Shown: positions 48,654 through 58,595, counted from the stretch's first letter. The stretch is 64,000 bases of DNA from an uncultured Candidatus Saccharibacteria bacterium (GCA_964383705.1 CAYLHJ010000002.1:1635-65634), one strand, 5' to 3'. Notes: generated by a model not told the origin, from the sequence alone. Made by a program: numbers and translations.

Positions 48654-49511
48654 CTAGAATGCGAACTGGAACGAAATGACGTTGGGAGGATTCACGGGCC
48701 CACCGCCATCTTTCTTACAGAGTCTGCAGGTAACACTTTCCTGCCCTCTCTTGTAGGCAATCAAACCCACAACTACGCCAGTAACAACAGCGGCCCCAAT
48801 CACAAGTGGCCAATTCGTGCCCTTTTTCGCGGCGGACCTCTGGGGAGCCTGGGGAACCGTGTCCTTGACGACAGTGAAAAGGACATCGGTCTGCCTCGGG
48901 AAAAAGAATGCTCTGTCCCTTACCACGCTTTCGGTCACGCCCGCAACAACGACTGTCGCGGAATCTGCGACCAGAATGCGAACAGTGTCAGCAGGAGGCA
49001 CAATTGCCTGAGATGCTACCTCTGGCAAAGCAACTGGCGGATTTGCCTGGCGAAAAGTGACTTCATCACCATTCGGGTTTCCACACCAGAGCGAAAACTC
49101 GATGAGACCGGTATTGTTATCGCCGAGACAGATCTCGTTTGGGCGAAACGGTCTCGACCAACCATTGGCGTCAACCCTCCGACTGCCGATACCAATGAGA
49201 AGCCTCGCCAGACGAACCTCGACTCCCTGAGGGCAAGCCACATTCACCAGATTCCTGATGAATACTTCGAGCTCGCCAACAGTTCGAATGTTGGGATGAC
49301 GAACCTGGACAGTCGAGAGAATCTCTTGAGGACTTACCCGAAGGCACTTCCTGTCATTGCGATTGACGCAATCAGCGTAGTCATCACCACTGAGAAGTGG
49401 CCGACGACTGAAAGCGTAACCGTGAACTCCGCCCGTACCCGAGTCCACCTGGGCCATTCCGGCTGTCGTAAAAAACAGCACGAGCGCGAAGATAGAGATC
49501 AAATACCTCAT
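48654..49511 (-). CDS. Hypothetical secreted protein (Cys-containing N-terminal domain, C-terminal TM)
   Basis: AAGGAG RBS, signal peptide, WCGNP motif; GC-richer than flanks. Confidence 0.7.
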   Translation of the reverse strand: MRYLISIFALVLFFTTAGMAQVDSGTGGVHGYAFSRRPLLSGDDYADCVNRNDRKCLRVSPQEILSTVQVRHPNIRTVGELEVFIRNLVNVACPQGVEVRLARLLIGIGSRRVDANGWSRPFRPNEICLGDNNTGLIEFSLWCGNPNGDEVTFRQANPPVALPEVASQAIVPPADTVRILVADSATVVVAGVTESVVRDRAFFFPRQTDVLFTVVKDTVPQAPQRSAAKKGTNWPLVIGAAVVTGVVVGLIAYKRGQESVTCRLCKKDGGGPVNPPNVISFQFAF

Positions 49512-49620
49512 TTATGGCTCCTTTTGTTGGTCTTTACTAAGATAGTTTCGAAGATCAATCCTCCCAGCAAACTACCACAAAACTATCTAAAAGTAAAGAG
49601 AATGTAGATTGATAAAATAG

Positions 49621-49693
49621 TGGGCGGTAGAGGACTCGAACCTCTGACCCTCTCAACGTCAATGAGATGCTCTACCAACTGAGCTAACCGCCC
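49621..49693 (-). tRNA. tRNA-Val(GAC)
   Basis: GGGCGGT/ACCGCCC acceptor, TCTCA-TT GAC GT-TGAGA anticodon arm. Confidence 0.92.
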
Positions 49694-49721
49694 CTTAAAG
49701 AAAACTTAATCTAAAAATACC

Positions 49722-49811
49722 TGGCGGAAGAGGCGAGATTTGAACTCGCGAGAGGATTACTCCCCTGCCGGTTTTCGAAACCGGTGCCTTCAACCACTCA
49801 GCCACTCTTCC
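49722..49811 (-). tRNA. tRNA-Ser(CGA)
   Basis: CCGGT-TT CGA AA-ACCGG anticodon arm, long variable arm, encoded CCA. Confidence 0.94.
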
Positions 49812-49895
49812 ATAATAACTTATTCGTGGATCAAAATATCCTAGCATTTTTTTTGTTTTTTAAACAAAAAATGTTAGAATCTCTTTGTTTTATAT

Positions 49896-49967
49896 GGCCC
49901 TATCGTCTATCGGTTAGGACACAAGCTTTTCAAGCTTGGAAGCCGGGTTCGATTCCCGGTAGGGTCA
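49896..49967 (+). tRNA. tRNA-Glu(TTC)
   Basis: CAAGC-TT TTC AA-GCTTG anticodon arm. Confidence 0.93.
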
Positions 49968-50037
49968 CAAATACTTGACTAAAGCAGTGTTTTATGCTAG
50001 TATACGAGCAGACCTTGAAACCCGAAGGAGGTAACTC

Positions 50038-50226
50038 GTGCCTAGAGCTAAGAGGGGTGATAAGTTCTTCATGCAAAAGCTGGGAGCAGGCAAGGGAAGG
50101 TATTTGATCGGCATTCGAGTCGATCAGAGGCTCACCATACAAGATCTCCTCGCTTTCATCGAAGAAAAGGGTATCGAACCAGCAAAGGTCGATCTCCCGC
50201 CGTCCTTCATCACTCAAGCCGGGTGA
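50038..50226 (+). CDS. Small hypothetical protein (62 aa) in a self-contained cassette
   Basis: Promoter TTGACT-17-TAGTAT (49975-50003), RBS AAGGAGGT, GTG start, downstream hairpin. Confidence 0.65.
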   Translation: MPRAKRGDKFFMQKLGAGKGRYLIGIRVDQRLTIQDLLAFIEEKGIEPAKVDLPPSFITQAG

Positions 50227-50277
50227 GACCCGCCCCGACAAGAGATTCGTCTCGCGTCGGAGGCGGGTTTCTTGTTT
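50225..50277 (+). terminator. Intrinsic terminator
   Basis: GAGACCCGCC.CCGAC...GTCGGAGGCGGGTTTC followed by TTGTTT. Confidence 0.7.
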
Positions 50278-50437
50278 ATATAAACTGAAAACTTTTTATA
50301 TTCTTAGCAATTGAGTTCCAATTCTGTATAATGTGGGTCACATTCAGAAACTCGGTCGGAAAGTGAGCGAGATGTTGAATTCTTGATAATTGCTGGATAA
50401 TTGGTTTTGAATTCTGTATCTTTAGGATCACTGGTTT

Positions 50438-51598
50438 ATGAAAATTCTCTCAATTGAAACAAGCTGTGACGAAACCGCTGTTTCTATCTTAGATATTAAT
50501 GGCAAAGCGACATCTCCAAAAATCCTATTGCTAGGAAATGCCCTTTTTTCTCAAGTTAAAATCCACGAAAAATATGGGGGAGTATTCCCAAACATAGCAA
50601 AGCGCGAACATGCAAAAAACTTACCCCCATTGCTTTTAAAAGCATTGGATCAGGCCGGCTTTGAAAAGAGAACAGGCAGGAATCAATTTACAAAAAATCA
50701 AATAAAAAAAGTTGGAAAAATTTTAGAGCGCGAGTATGGGGTCGCGCAAACACTCATAGATTTACTTTCAAATATTGAAAAACCCCCTATTGATATTATA
50801 GCCGTTACAAAGGGCCCAGGACTTGAACCCGCCCTTTGGGTTGGAATAAATGTTGCAATCGCACTTGGTGTCCTCTGGAACATTAAAGTTTTGCCAATAA
50901 ACCATATGGAAGGTCATATATTTTCAGTTTTGTATAAAAAAAATGAAGATATTAAGTTTCCAGTATTAAGTTTGCTCATATCGGGTGGCCACACTGAACT
51001 CGTATATTCGAAAAGCTTACTCTCTTATAAAATCCTTGGAGAAACAAGAGACGATGCGGTAGGAGAAGCATTTGATAAGGTTGCCCGAATGATTTCTTTA
51101 CCATACCCAGGAGGCCCACAAATAAGTCGCCTTGCGGAGAGAAAAAGGAAAAGTGGATACAAAAAATCTCTCTGGGGTTTCCCTAGACCGATGATTCACT
51201 CGAAAGATTTAGATTTCTCCTTTTCGGGATTAAAGACTGCAGTTCTCTATGCAATAAAAGGGAAAAAATTAAAAAAATCCCAAAAAGAGGAAATCGCTTT
51301 TGAATTTGAAGAAGCCGTAACAGATGTTCTTATCTCAAAAACAAGATCTGCCCTAAAAATGTTCCCCACTAGATCTCTCATTGTTGCCGGTGGAGTAATT
51401 GCCAATAAACATCTCCAAAAATCATTTAATAAACTAATAAGAGAATTTAATAATCTTAAACTTTATGTACCCGAAAAAGAATTGGCAACAGATAATAGCG
51501 TAATGATTGGAATTGCCGCTTTTTGTAAAATAAAGACATCTACCAAGAAGAATTTATGGAGCAAAAAAATAAAAGCTGAGGGAAACTTGAGACTTTAA
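50438..51598 (+). CDS. tsaD: tRNA threonylcarbamoyltransferase TsaD
   Basis: IETSCDET, GPGL, NHMEGH, SGGHT, DDAVGEAFDK, FSFSGLKT, TDN. Confidence 0.96.
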   Translation: MKILSIETSCDETAVSILDINGKATSPKILLLGNALFSQVKIHEKYGGVFPNIAKREHAKNLPPLLLKALDQAGFEKRTGRNQFTKNQIKKVGKILEREYGVAQTLIDLLSNIEKPPIDIIAVTKGPGLEPALWVGINVAIALGVLWNIKVLPINHMEGHIFSVLYKKNEDIKFPVLSLLISGGHTELVYSKSLLSYKILGETRDDAVGEAFDKVARMISLPYPGGPQISRLAERKRKSGYKKSLWGFPRPMIHSKDLDFSFSGLKTAVLYAIKGKKLKKSQKEEIAFEFEEAVTDVLISKTRSALKMFPTRSLIVAGGVIANKHLQKSFNKLIREFNNLKLYVPEKELATDNSVMIGIAAFCKIKTSTKKNLWSKKIKAEGNLRL

Positions 51599-54500
51599 TT
51601 AGGAGAGATTGTTTTCTTCGATTTTAATAATCGTGCGAATTTCCTTTTTCCTGGATATTAGCCAAAAGAGAGAAGCTGAAACGATAATAATAAGTAAAAT
51701 AAGTGGCAAAATTATTACATAGAATTCAAGGACAAAAATTAGAACCGTAGCAATGACAAGCCCAATCGTGAATATAAATGTTTTTCTAATCTGAGCAGAC
51801 TCTTCCGTCAAAGCTCCGTTTCTATTCTGAAAATTAACAATTCCGCGAGACAGTAAATATATGGATAGCAATATGGTCAAAAATACCGCAATTGCATTCA
51901 TTGATTCATCCCAACCTTGTGGACCAGCAAAAACTGCCGCCGCTAGAGAGCGAAAGTCCCTTTCTTCTCCAATTTCATTCTCGGTACTAGAGGCGCTTAT
52001 CATTGCTACGCTATTTGGGTCCTCAGCAACAATAGCCCCAGTAGCGAATTGAATGCCCTTTTGGGAGAGAATTGGGGATTCTTTTGTCCTTGATTGAGAA
52101 GTATCTTGTCCTTGATAGTTATTTTGTCCTTGATACCCCCTATCTAGATCTGAAAAGCCTTGAGCTTTCAAGCTTGTGAGGAAGTTTCTAAAATCAACTA
52201 TCTCTTGCTCCTGCTGGGCATTCAACGGAAATGCTTGATTACATACTATTTCATTTACCTTTTTCTTCGTAAGAATATAGACAAATCCAGTACTTTGATC
52301 ATGACCCCAAGGAGTGAGGATGTCTCCAATATAGCGCTCCTGAAATACTCCTACCGCATCATAGGTTCCTTTATCAAATACGCCAGTGATTGGGAGATTC
52401 TTGAAACCCTCTAATTCTCTTAGGAAAACTTGGAGTTTAATAACTTCAAATGAATCGTTAACCCAATCTATACGCATATAATCTTCCAAGTAGTTGCACG
52501 CCAAAGTCGCACCAAGGACTTCTGGCTCTGGTCGGTTTCTGCTACTTCGTCCGCCACCACCACCCCCACCACCACCGCCATTGTCTCCCCCTCCACCACC
52601 ACCGTTATCTTCTGGATCAATAACAATTGTTAGGGTCTCCGTGTCACTACCGCATTGATTTGTAGCAGTAAGTAAGACAGTAAATGTTCCTGATTCGGTT
52701 GGAGTACCACTTAAGACATTGCTGGAAACAGAAAGGCCGGCAGGAAGAGTTGAGGTTGCTATGTTGTAAGTAATTGGTGTTGTTGTGCCGGTCGCAGTAG
52801 CAGAAAGTGTGTATGAAAAGGCATTTCCAACTTTACCGCTAGCCGTTAGTGCACTATCAATAGCTGGCAATGGGCAACTTGGTCCTTGAACACGAGTAAC
52901 AACGACGCTGTCTGTCGCATGTTGACCAGAAGCGTCTTGGCAATCAATTAAAAATGTATGACTTCCATTTGTTGGTGGATAAAAAGGACTTTGAGAATCA
53001 ATCGGGCCAGCACTTCCATTTAAAGCAACTAAACCAAGATCCTGAACACCTTGGATAGAAAGATTGCATGAAGTTGTATTCGTAGAAACCCAATTAACTG
53101 TAAATTGTTCGCCACTTGAAAGAAGAAGCGGACCTTGAGAGCCGTTAGCTGTGATGTCTGCGGTTGGAGATTGGGGTAAGCAATCAGTAGAAGATGTCGC
53201 GGTAACGGTATTTGATGGGTTGGAATCCCCTCTACTATTTGTTGCTTTAACAAAATATGAGAAAGATGTGCTTGCATTCACCAAATCCGTATAAGAAATC
53301 GCTGTTGTAGAAGCAATCTCAGATCCATTTCTAAATATTTTATAGAAAGATGCCTGTGAAACGGCGTTCCAAGATAAGTCAATTCGACCACCGCATTGAG
53401 AGCCAGTATTAGCAGAAAGGTTTGGAGATTGTGGTTTTCCCCCTCCACCACCACCGTTATCTTCTGGATCAATAACAATTGTTAGGGTCTCCGTGTCACT
53501 ACCGCATTGATTTGTAGCAGTAAGTAAGACAGTAAATGTTCCTGATTCGGTTGGAGTACCACTTAAGACATTGCTGGAAACAGAAAGGCCGGCAGGAAGA
53601 GTTGAGGTTGCTATGTTGTAAGTAATTGGTGTTGTTGTGCCGGTCGCAGTAGCAGAAAGTGTGTATGAAAAGGCATTTCCAACTTTACCGCTAGCCGTTA
53701 GTGCACTATCAATAGCTGGCAATGGGCAACTTGGTCCTTGAACACGAGTAACAACGACGCTGTCTGTCGCATGTTGACCAGAAGCGTCTTGGCAATCAAT
53801 TAAAAATGTATGACTTCCATTTGTTGGTGGATAAAAAGGACTTTGAGAATCAATCGGGCCAGCACTTCCATTTAAAGCAACTAAACCAAGATCCTGAACA
53901 CCTTGGATAGAAAGATTGCATGAAGTTGTATTCGTAGAAACCCAATTAACTGTAAATTGTTCGCCACTTGAAAGAAGAAGCGGACCTTGAGAGCCGTTAG
54001 CTGTGATGTCTGCGGTTGGAGAACCTGGCGGATTCACAATCGGTGGATTCACAACAACAGAATCCGTAGCGGTCTTTCCATTTCCATCATCACAGCTAAT
54101 ACTGTAAGTGACCGCCGTGTCTGTCGGATAAAAAGGATGTGATGGTGAAAGATCCATCTCGTCAGAAAGATTAACATTTGAATCAATCGGGGCCCCCAAT
54201 GAACAACTTTGTGTGTTAGTAGAATCCCATTCAATTAAAAGATTTTCTCCTTGCGAAAGGGTAATTGGTCCCTGAGAGCCATTTGCTTTTATATCCACAG
54301 TCGGATCATTTGAAGGAACATTGTTGCTGGAAACTTTAAAGCGGGCAACCACACTACCTTGGCTTTCCCAACCAGGAGCAATAGTTCCAAGATTTACACC
54401 CTGTGATGTTACGAACTCATCTCCAGTCTGCCCAAAAGGAAATTTTTTTGATGAAAGAGACTGGTCTGGATACCATTTTGTAGAACCCGGTATATAGGTG

Positions 54501-54937
54501 AGAGACTCGGAACTTGAAATAATAATTGATGATTGGCCATCAACCTGTGAAGCGTTATCAGCCCAAAGCGAACCATCCGCACTAATTGAAGTATCTTCAG
54601 ATTCTGGAACAGAGATTGAGGCGCGAACATTCAGGGCGTCTTCGGATGAGGTATTGTGATAATAAATTGTAAAACTGACAACATCTCCAGCCTCAGCATC
54701 TGTTGTAACCGCCCAATTGGTGGTTGAATTAGGAAATTTTGTAAAATTAGAAGATCTAAGTGTTTCAAAATCCTCTGGGTCAGTGTTAAAAGTGGCCGCC
54801 GCCCGAACAATCTTTGCAAACAAAGCATGGCTCGCATCGAAAGATATAAAAACATAGGCAAACATAACCGAAAATAGAGCAAAAAGGAGAATTGCCTTTA
54901 TTTTTTTTGATATTCTGTTTGTGTATCCAGTATTCAT
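51599..54937 (-). CDS. Large surface protein with duplicated Ig-like (He_PIG-type) modules, FN3-like and peptidoglycan-binding-like domains, C-terminal TMs
   Basis: LPAGLS..LSGTPTESGTFT (twice); LSWNAV...YKIFRNG...YFVKATN; EVIKLQVFL...ITGVFD..T..AV..FQ. Confidence 0.8.
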   Translation of the reverse strand: MNTGYTNRISKKIKAILLFALFSVMFAYVFISFDASHALFAKIVRAAATFNTDPEDFETLRSSNFTKFPNSTTNWAVTTDAEAGDVVSFTIYYHNTSSEDALNVRASISVPESEDTSISADGSLWADNASQVDGQSSIIISSSESLTYIPGSTKWYPDQSLSSKKFPFGQTGDEFVTSQGVNLGTIAPGWESQGSVVARFKVSSNNVPSNDPTVDIKANGSQGPITLSQGENLLIEWDSTNTQSCSLGAPIDSNVNLSDEMDLSPSHPFYPTDTAVTYSISCDDGNGKTATDSVVVNPPIVNPPGSPTADITANGSQGPLLLSSGEQFTVNWVSTNTTSCNLSIQGVQDLGLVALNGSAGPIDSQSPFYPPTNGSHTFLIDCQDASGQHATDSVVVTRVQGPSCPLPAIDSALTASGKVGNAFSYTLSATATGTTTPITYNIATSTLPAGLSVSSNVLSGTPTESGTFTVLLTATNQCGSDTETLTIVIDPEDNGGGGGGKPQSPNLSANTGSQCGGRIDLSWNAVSQASFYKIFRNGSEIASTTAISYTDLVNASTSFSYFVKATNSRGDSNPSNTVTATSSTDCLPQSPTADITANGSQGPLLLSSGEQFTVNWVSTNTTSCNLSIQGVQDLGLVALNGSAGPIDSQSPFYPPTNGSHTFLIDCQDASGQHATDSVVVTRVQGPSCPLPAIDSALTASGKVGNAFSYTLSATATGTTTPITYNIATSTLPAGLSVSSNVLSGTPTESGTFTVLLTATNQCGSDTETLTIVIDPEDNGGGGGGDNGGGGGGGGGGRSSRNRPEPEVLGATLACNYLEDYMRIDWVNDSFEVIKLQVFLRELEGFKNLPITGVFDKGTYDAVGVFQERYIGDILTPWGHDQSTGFVYILTKKKVNEIVCNQAFPLNAQQEQEIVDFRNFLTSLKAQGFSDLDRGYQGQNNYQGQDTSQSRTKESPILSQKGIQFATGAIVAEDPNSVAMISASSTENEIGEERDFRSLAAAVFAGPQGWDESMNAIAVFLTILLSIYLLSRGIVNFQNRNGALTEESAQIRKTFIFTIGLVIATVLIFVLEFYVIILPLILLIIIVSASLFWLISRKKEIRTIIKIEENNLS
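52586..54022. repeat. 585-bp direct repeat (52586-53170 and 53438-54022), 267-bp spacer
   Basis: Copies offset by 852 bp and identical by visual comparison; both are in frame within the surface protein. Confidence 0.9.
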
Positions 54938-55310
54938 AGGCAGAATGTTTTGTCGTAACCAACATACTCCATTTTTTTTCATTTATGTCAAATAAAGACG
55001 TGAGTCACTAGATTACATTACAGCCTTATTTATAGCCATATTATTAATATTTGTCCTTTAACAAGTTATGACCTTTATTAAAACATCACGGTAGTCAATA
55101 TATATTCATAAACATAACTACATTTAAATACCCAATGAATAGGCCAATTTTTCTTAAAAGAACGTAAATTTTTGTCCTTTATGCTTAATATTTTCTTAGC
55201 TTTATCCCCTATTTTTTGACATATTTTAAGAACTGAATCATTAATATGGATTACGAATAATTGAATGGTCTAATATAAACAGTTTTCTCATGCTACGATA
55301 GACAATATTC

Positions 55311-57443
55311 ATGAATGAAAAACTTCTAAAAGCCTACGATCCTAAAGAGACGGAGCAAAGAATATATGAGAAATGGGAAAAGAGTGGCTATTTTAACCCA
55401 GACAATCTTCCTGGAGAAAGAAGGGGTCCATTTACTATTGTAATGCCACCACCAAATTCTAATGGTAATCTCCACACAGGACACTCACTATTTATAACGC
55501 TTGAGGATATAATCACCCGATTCAAGAGAATGTGTGGATACAAAGCTTTGTGGCTACCCGGGGCTGATCATGCCGGATTTGAAACTCAAGTAGTTTATGA
55601 AAGAAAACTCGAAAAAGAAGGCCGCTCGAGATTTGGTATGGATCCCAAAGAGCTCTACAGCGAGATACTCTCCTTTACTTTGGAAAATAAAAAAAATATG
55701 GAGTCTCAGGTCAGAATGCTCGGGGCATCTTGCGATTGGTCCCGTGAAAAATTTACTCTTGACGATGAGGTGGTTAGGAAAACTCAAAAAACTTTCATTA
55801 AAATGTTTGATGAAGGATTAATTTATCGAGGAAAGCGCGCAATTAATTGGTGCTCAAAACACCAAACCTCACTCTCTGATGTTGAAACAGAAACAACGGA
55901 GGAAAACACACCGCTTTATTATTTTAAATATGGACCGTTTGAAATAGCGACCGTTAGACCTGAAACTAAATTTGGGGATAAATATGTTGTTATGCATCCA
56001 GATGACAGCAGATATAAGGAATATTCTCATAATCAAAAAATTAAAGTTGAATGGATAAACGGAGAGATAGAAGCGACTATCATTAAAGATAAATCTATAG
56101 ACATGAATTTTGGTACAGGAGTTATGACCATCACTCCGTGGCATTCTCAAATTGATTATGAAATCGCGAAACGACATGGCCTAGACATAGAACAAATAAT
56201 TGATTGGCGAGGTAAATTACTGCCTATTGCTGAAGAATTTTCAGGAATAAGCATAAAAGAAGCCAGACCAAAAATAGTTGAAAAATTAAATGCAAAGGGT
56301 TTACTTACTCGTGTAGATGATAAATATCAAAATGCGGTCAAGAGATGCTACAAATGCAATACAATTATTGAACCTCAGATAAAAGATCAGTGGTTTGTGA
56401 AGATGGAACCATTAGCTCGGATGGCTATCGAATCAGTTAATCGTGGTGATATTAAATTTATCCCCAATAACTATGAGAAGATATTTCGATATTGGATGGA
56501 AAATAGTCAGGATTGGAATATATCAAGGCAAATAGTTTGGGGAATACCAATTCCAGCTTGGTTTAAAGATGACAAGGTTCATGCAAGCATTGAAAAACCG
56601 CCCGGAGACGGTTGGATTGCCGATTCTGACACCTTTGATACTTGGTTCTCAAGTGGCCAATGGCCTCTTATGATGACCGGCTTCCCTGAAAATAAGGATT
56701 TTAAAGAATATTATCCTACAGACATAATGGAAACTGGTCATGACCTAATTTTCAAGTGGGTACCAAGAATGATTATGTTTGGCCTTTACCTTACACAAAA
56801 ACCACCATTTCATACTGTCTACCTCCACGGTCTTGTAAATGATGCTCAGGGCAAAAAAATGAGTAAATCTAAAGGAAATACAATAAACCCGACCGATCTG
56901 ACAGAAAAATACGGAACTGATGCCTTACGAATGGCTCTTGTTGTCGGTAACGCTCCTGGAATGGATTTGGCCCTCCGTGAAGACAAGGTAAAGGGCTATA
57001 AGCACTTTGCCAATAAGATATGGAATGCCTCTCGCTTTGTATTAGAAAACACAGAAAATATAGATTACGAAAAAATACCAAATTTGTTGGAGGGAGATAA
57101 AAAATATATCGATGAGATGGATAAAATCTTTGAAGACATCACTCAAGATCTAAATAAACTCAGATTCCATCTTGCATCGGAAAAAATCTATCACTATTTC
57201 TGGCACACATTTGCTGACATAATTATAGAGTCATCTAAAAATATAATATTCAATGGAACTGAGTCTGAGAAAGAGTCGGCACAATGGACGATCTACCACA
57301 TTCTTATTTCATCGCTTAGATTGCTTCACCCATTCATGCCATTTATTACAGAAGAAATTTGGTCATTTCTACCACACAATAACAAAAAAATACTTATGGT
57401 CGAATCTTGGCCAGTCAAAATAATAGATGACAATATCAGTTGA
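55311..57443 (+). CDS. valS: Valyl-tRNA synthetase (short form)
   Basis: PPPN..G.LHTGH, GADHAG, DWNISRQIVWG, DTWFSS, KMSKS. Confidence 0.95.
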   Translation: MNEKLLKAYDPKETEQRIYEKWEKSGYFNPDNLPGERRGPFTIVMPPPNSNGNLHTGHSLFITLEDIITRFKRMCGYKALWLPGADHAGFETQVVYERKLEKEGRSRFGMDPKELYSEILSFTLENKKNMESQVRMLGASCDWSREKFTLDDEVVRKTQKTFIKMFDEGLIYRGKRAINWCSKHQTSLSDVETETTEENTPLYYFKYGPFEIATVRPETKFGDKYVVMHPDDSRYKEYSHNQKIKVEWINGEIEATIIKDKSIDMNFGTGVMTITPWHSQIDYEIAKRHGLDIEQIIDWRGKLLPIAEEFSGISIKEARPKIVEKLNAKGLLTRVDDKYQNAVKRCYKCNTIIEPQIKDQWFVKMEPLARMAIESVNRGDIKFIPNNYEKIFRYWMENSQDWNISRQIVWGIPIPAWFKDDKVHASIEKPPGDGWIADSDTFDTWFSSGQWPLMMTGFPENKDFKEYYPTDIMETGHDLIFKWVPRMIMFGLYLTQKPPFHTVYLHGLVNDAQGKKMSKSKGNTINPTDLTEKYGTDALRMALVVGNAPGMDLALREDKVKGYKHFANKIWNASRFVLENTENIDYEKIPNLLEGDKKYIDEMDKIFEDITQDLNKLRFHLASEKIYHYFWHTFADIIIESSKNIIFNGTESEKESAQWTIYHILISSLRLLHPFMPFITEEIWSFLPHNNKKILMVESWPVKIIDDNIS

Positions 57444-58122
57444 GACAATCTTTTTTTCATTGGTCGGCGGTATTGTTCCATCAATACTGTGGCTTTTCTT
57501 TTGGCTAAAAGAAGATAAAAAGCGACCCGAACCACGAGGGCTCATCGCATTAACTTTTATTTGTGGAATGCTAATGGTGCCCCTTGTCATCCCATTTCAA
57601 AAACTAACGCAGATTGACTCAAATGGAACCCTTACATTTTTCATTTGGGCGACACTTGAAGAATCGTTAAAATTCGCCGCGGCATACTTTATAGCTATAC
57701 GACGCAAAGAAGATAACGAACCAGTAGATGGTCTCATATACATAATGACAGCCGCACTGGGGTTCGCGGCTCTTGAAAATGCGATATTTATATTCCAACC
57801 ACTTTCAAGTGGCAATGTAACCGAAAGCCTTATCACGGGAAATATCCGTTTTATTGGAGCAAGCCTACTTCACACTATTTCTTCCGCGGTTATTGGAATA
57901 GCCCTTGGTTTATCATTCTACAAAGATAAGTTCACAAAACTTTTTAGTGTTCTATTCGCATTACTTATCGCAATCGCATTGCATACTGCGTTCAACTTAT
58001 TTATAATGAAAGAGCATAGTGGAACAACATTTGCCACCTTCGGATTTGTCTGGATTACGATTGTTGTTTTAATGCTCTTTTTTGAGAAAATAAAGAAAAT
58101 ATACCCAGTAAATAAAATATAA
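57427..58122 (+). CDS. PrsW-family intramembrane metalloprotease
   Basis: D...PEP, EESLK, GFAALEN, H..FN. Confidence 0.88.
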   Translation: MTISVETIFFSLVGGIVPSILWLFFWLKEDKKRPEPRGLIALTFICGMLMVPLVIPFQKLTQIDSNGTLTFFIWATLEESLKFAAAYFIAIRRKEDNEPVDGLIYIMTAALGFAALENAIFIFQPLSSGNVTESLITGNIRFIGASLLHTISSAVIGIALGLSFYKDKFTKLFSVLFALLIAIALHTAFNLFIMKEHSGTTFATFGFVWITIVVLMLFFEKIKKIYPVNKI

Positions 58123-58125
58123 AAA

Positions 58126-58590
58126 ATGTTCAAGGATAAAAGATCTTTTTTTGAAAAATTAACCGGCTCTGTAAGGATAGAGGATGATGATTTAGAGCCA
58201 GCTGTGCCTATAAAAGCTCGAAATAACGAAAGTGCTGAATGGCTTGAAGAGGAGGCAGAAGATGGTCAGCTTACTGTTGATGTATACGAAACTCCGTCAG
58301 AAATTATTATTAAAACAATGGTTGCCGGAGTTAAACCAGAAGACCTTGATATATCTATCACGAGGGAAATGGTCACTATCAGGGGAAAGCGAGAGGAAGA
58401 CCGAAGTGCGTCTTCTGAGGATTACTTCCATAGAGAGCTTTATTGGGGATCATTTTCTCGTACCATTGTCCTGCCAAAAGAAGTCGATATAGACGAAGCG
58501 GAAGCAGTTGAAAAATATGGCTTACTTATATTGAAACTACCAAAATTAGACAAAAACAAAGAAGCTCGACTAAAGGTAAGGGGCTCTTAA
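58126..58590 (+). CDS. Small heat-shock protein (Hsp20)
   Basis: VDVYET, AGVKPEDLDI, ELYWGSFSRTIVLP, GLL...LPK. Confidence 0.92.
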   Translation: MFKDKRSFFEKLTGSVRIEDDDLEPAVPIKARNNESAEWLEEEAEDGQLTVDVYETPSEIIIKTMVAGVKPEDLDISITREMVTIRGKREEDRSASSEDYFHRELYWGSFSRTIVLPKEVDIDEAEAVEKYGLLILKLPKLDKNKEARLKVRGS

Positions 58591-58595
58591 AAATG

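Noticed and set aside
49784-50241. ORFs of 64 aa (+) and 103 aa (-)
   Set aside because: They overlap tRNA-Ser/tRNA-Glu or lie antisense to the better-supported 62-aa gene.
50342-50380. SRP (4.5S) RNA
   Set aside because: A GGAA loop is present, but the CAGG/AGCA symmetric loop and a long helix are absent.
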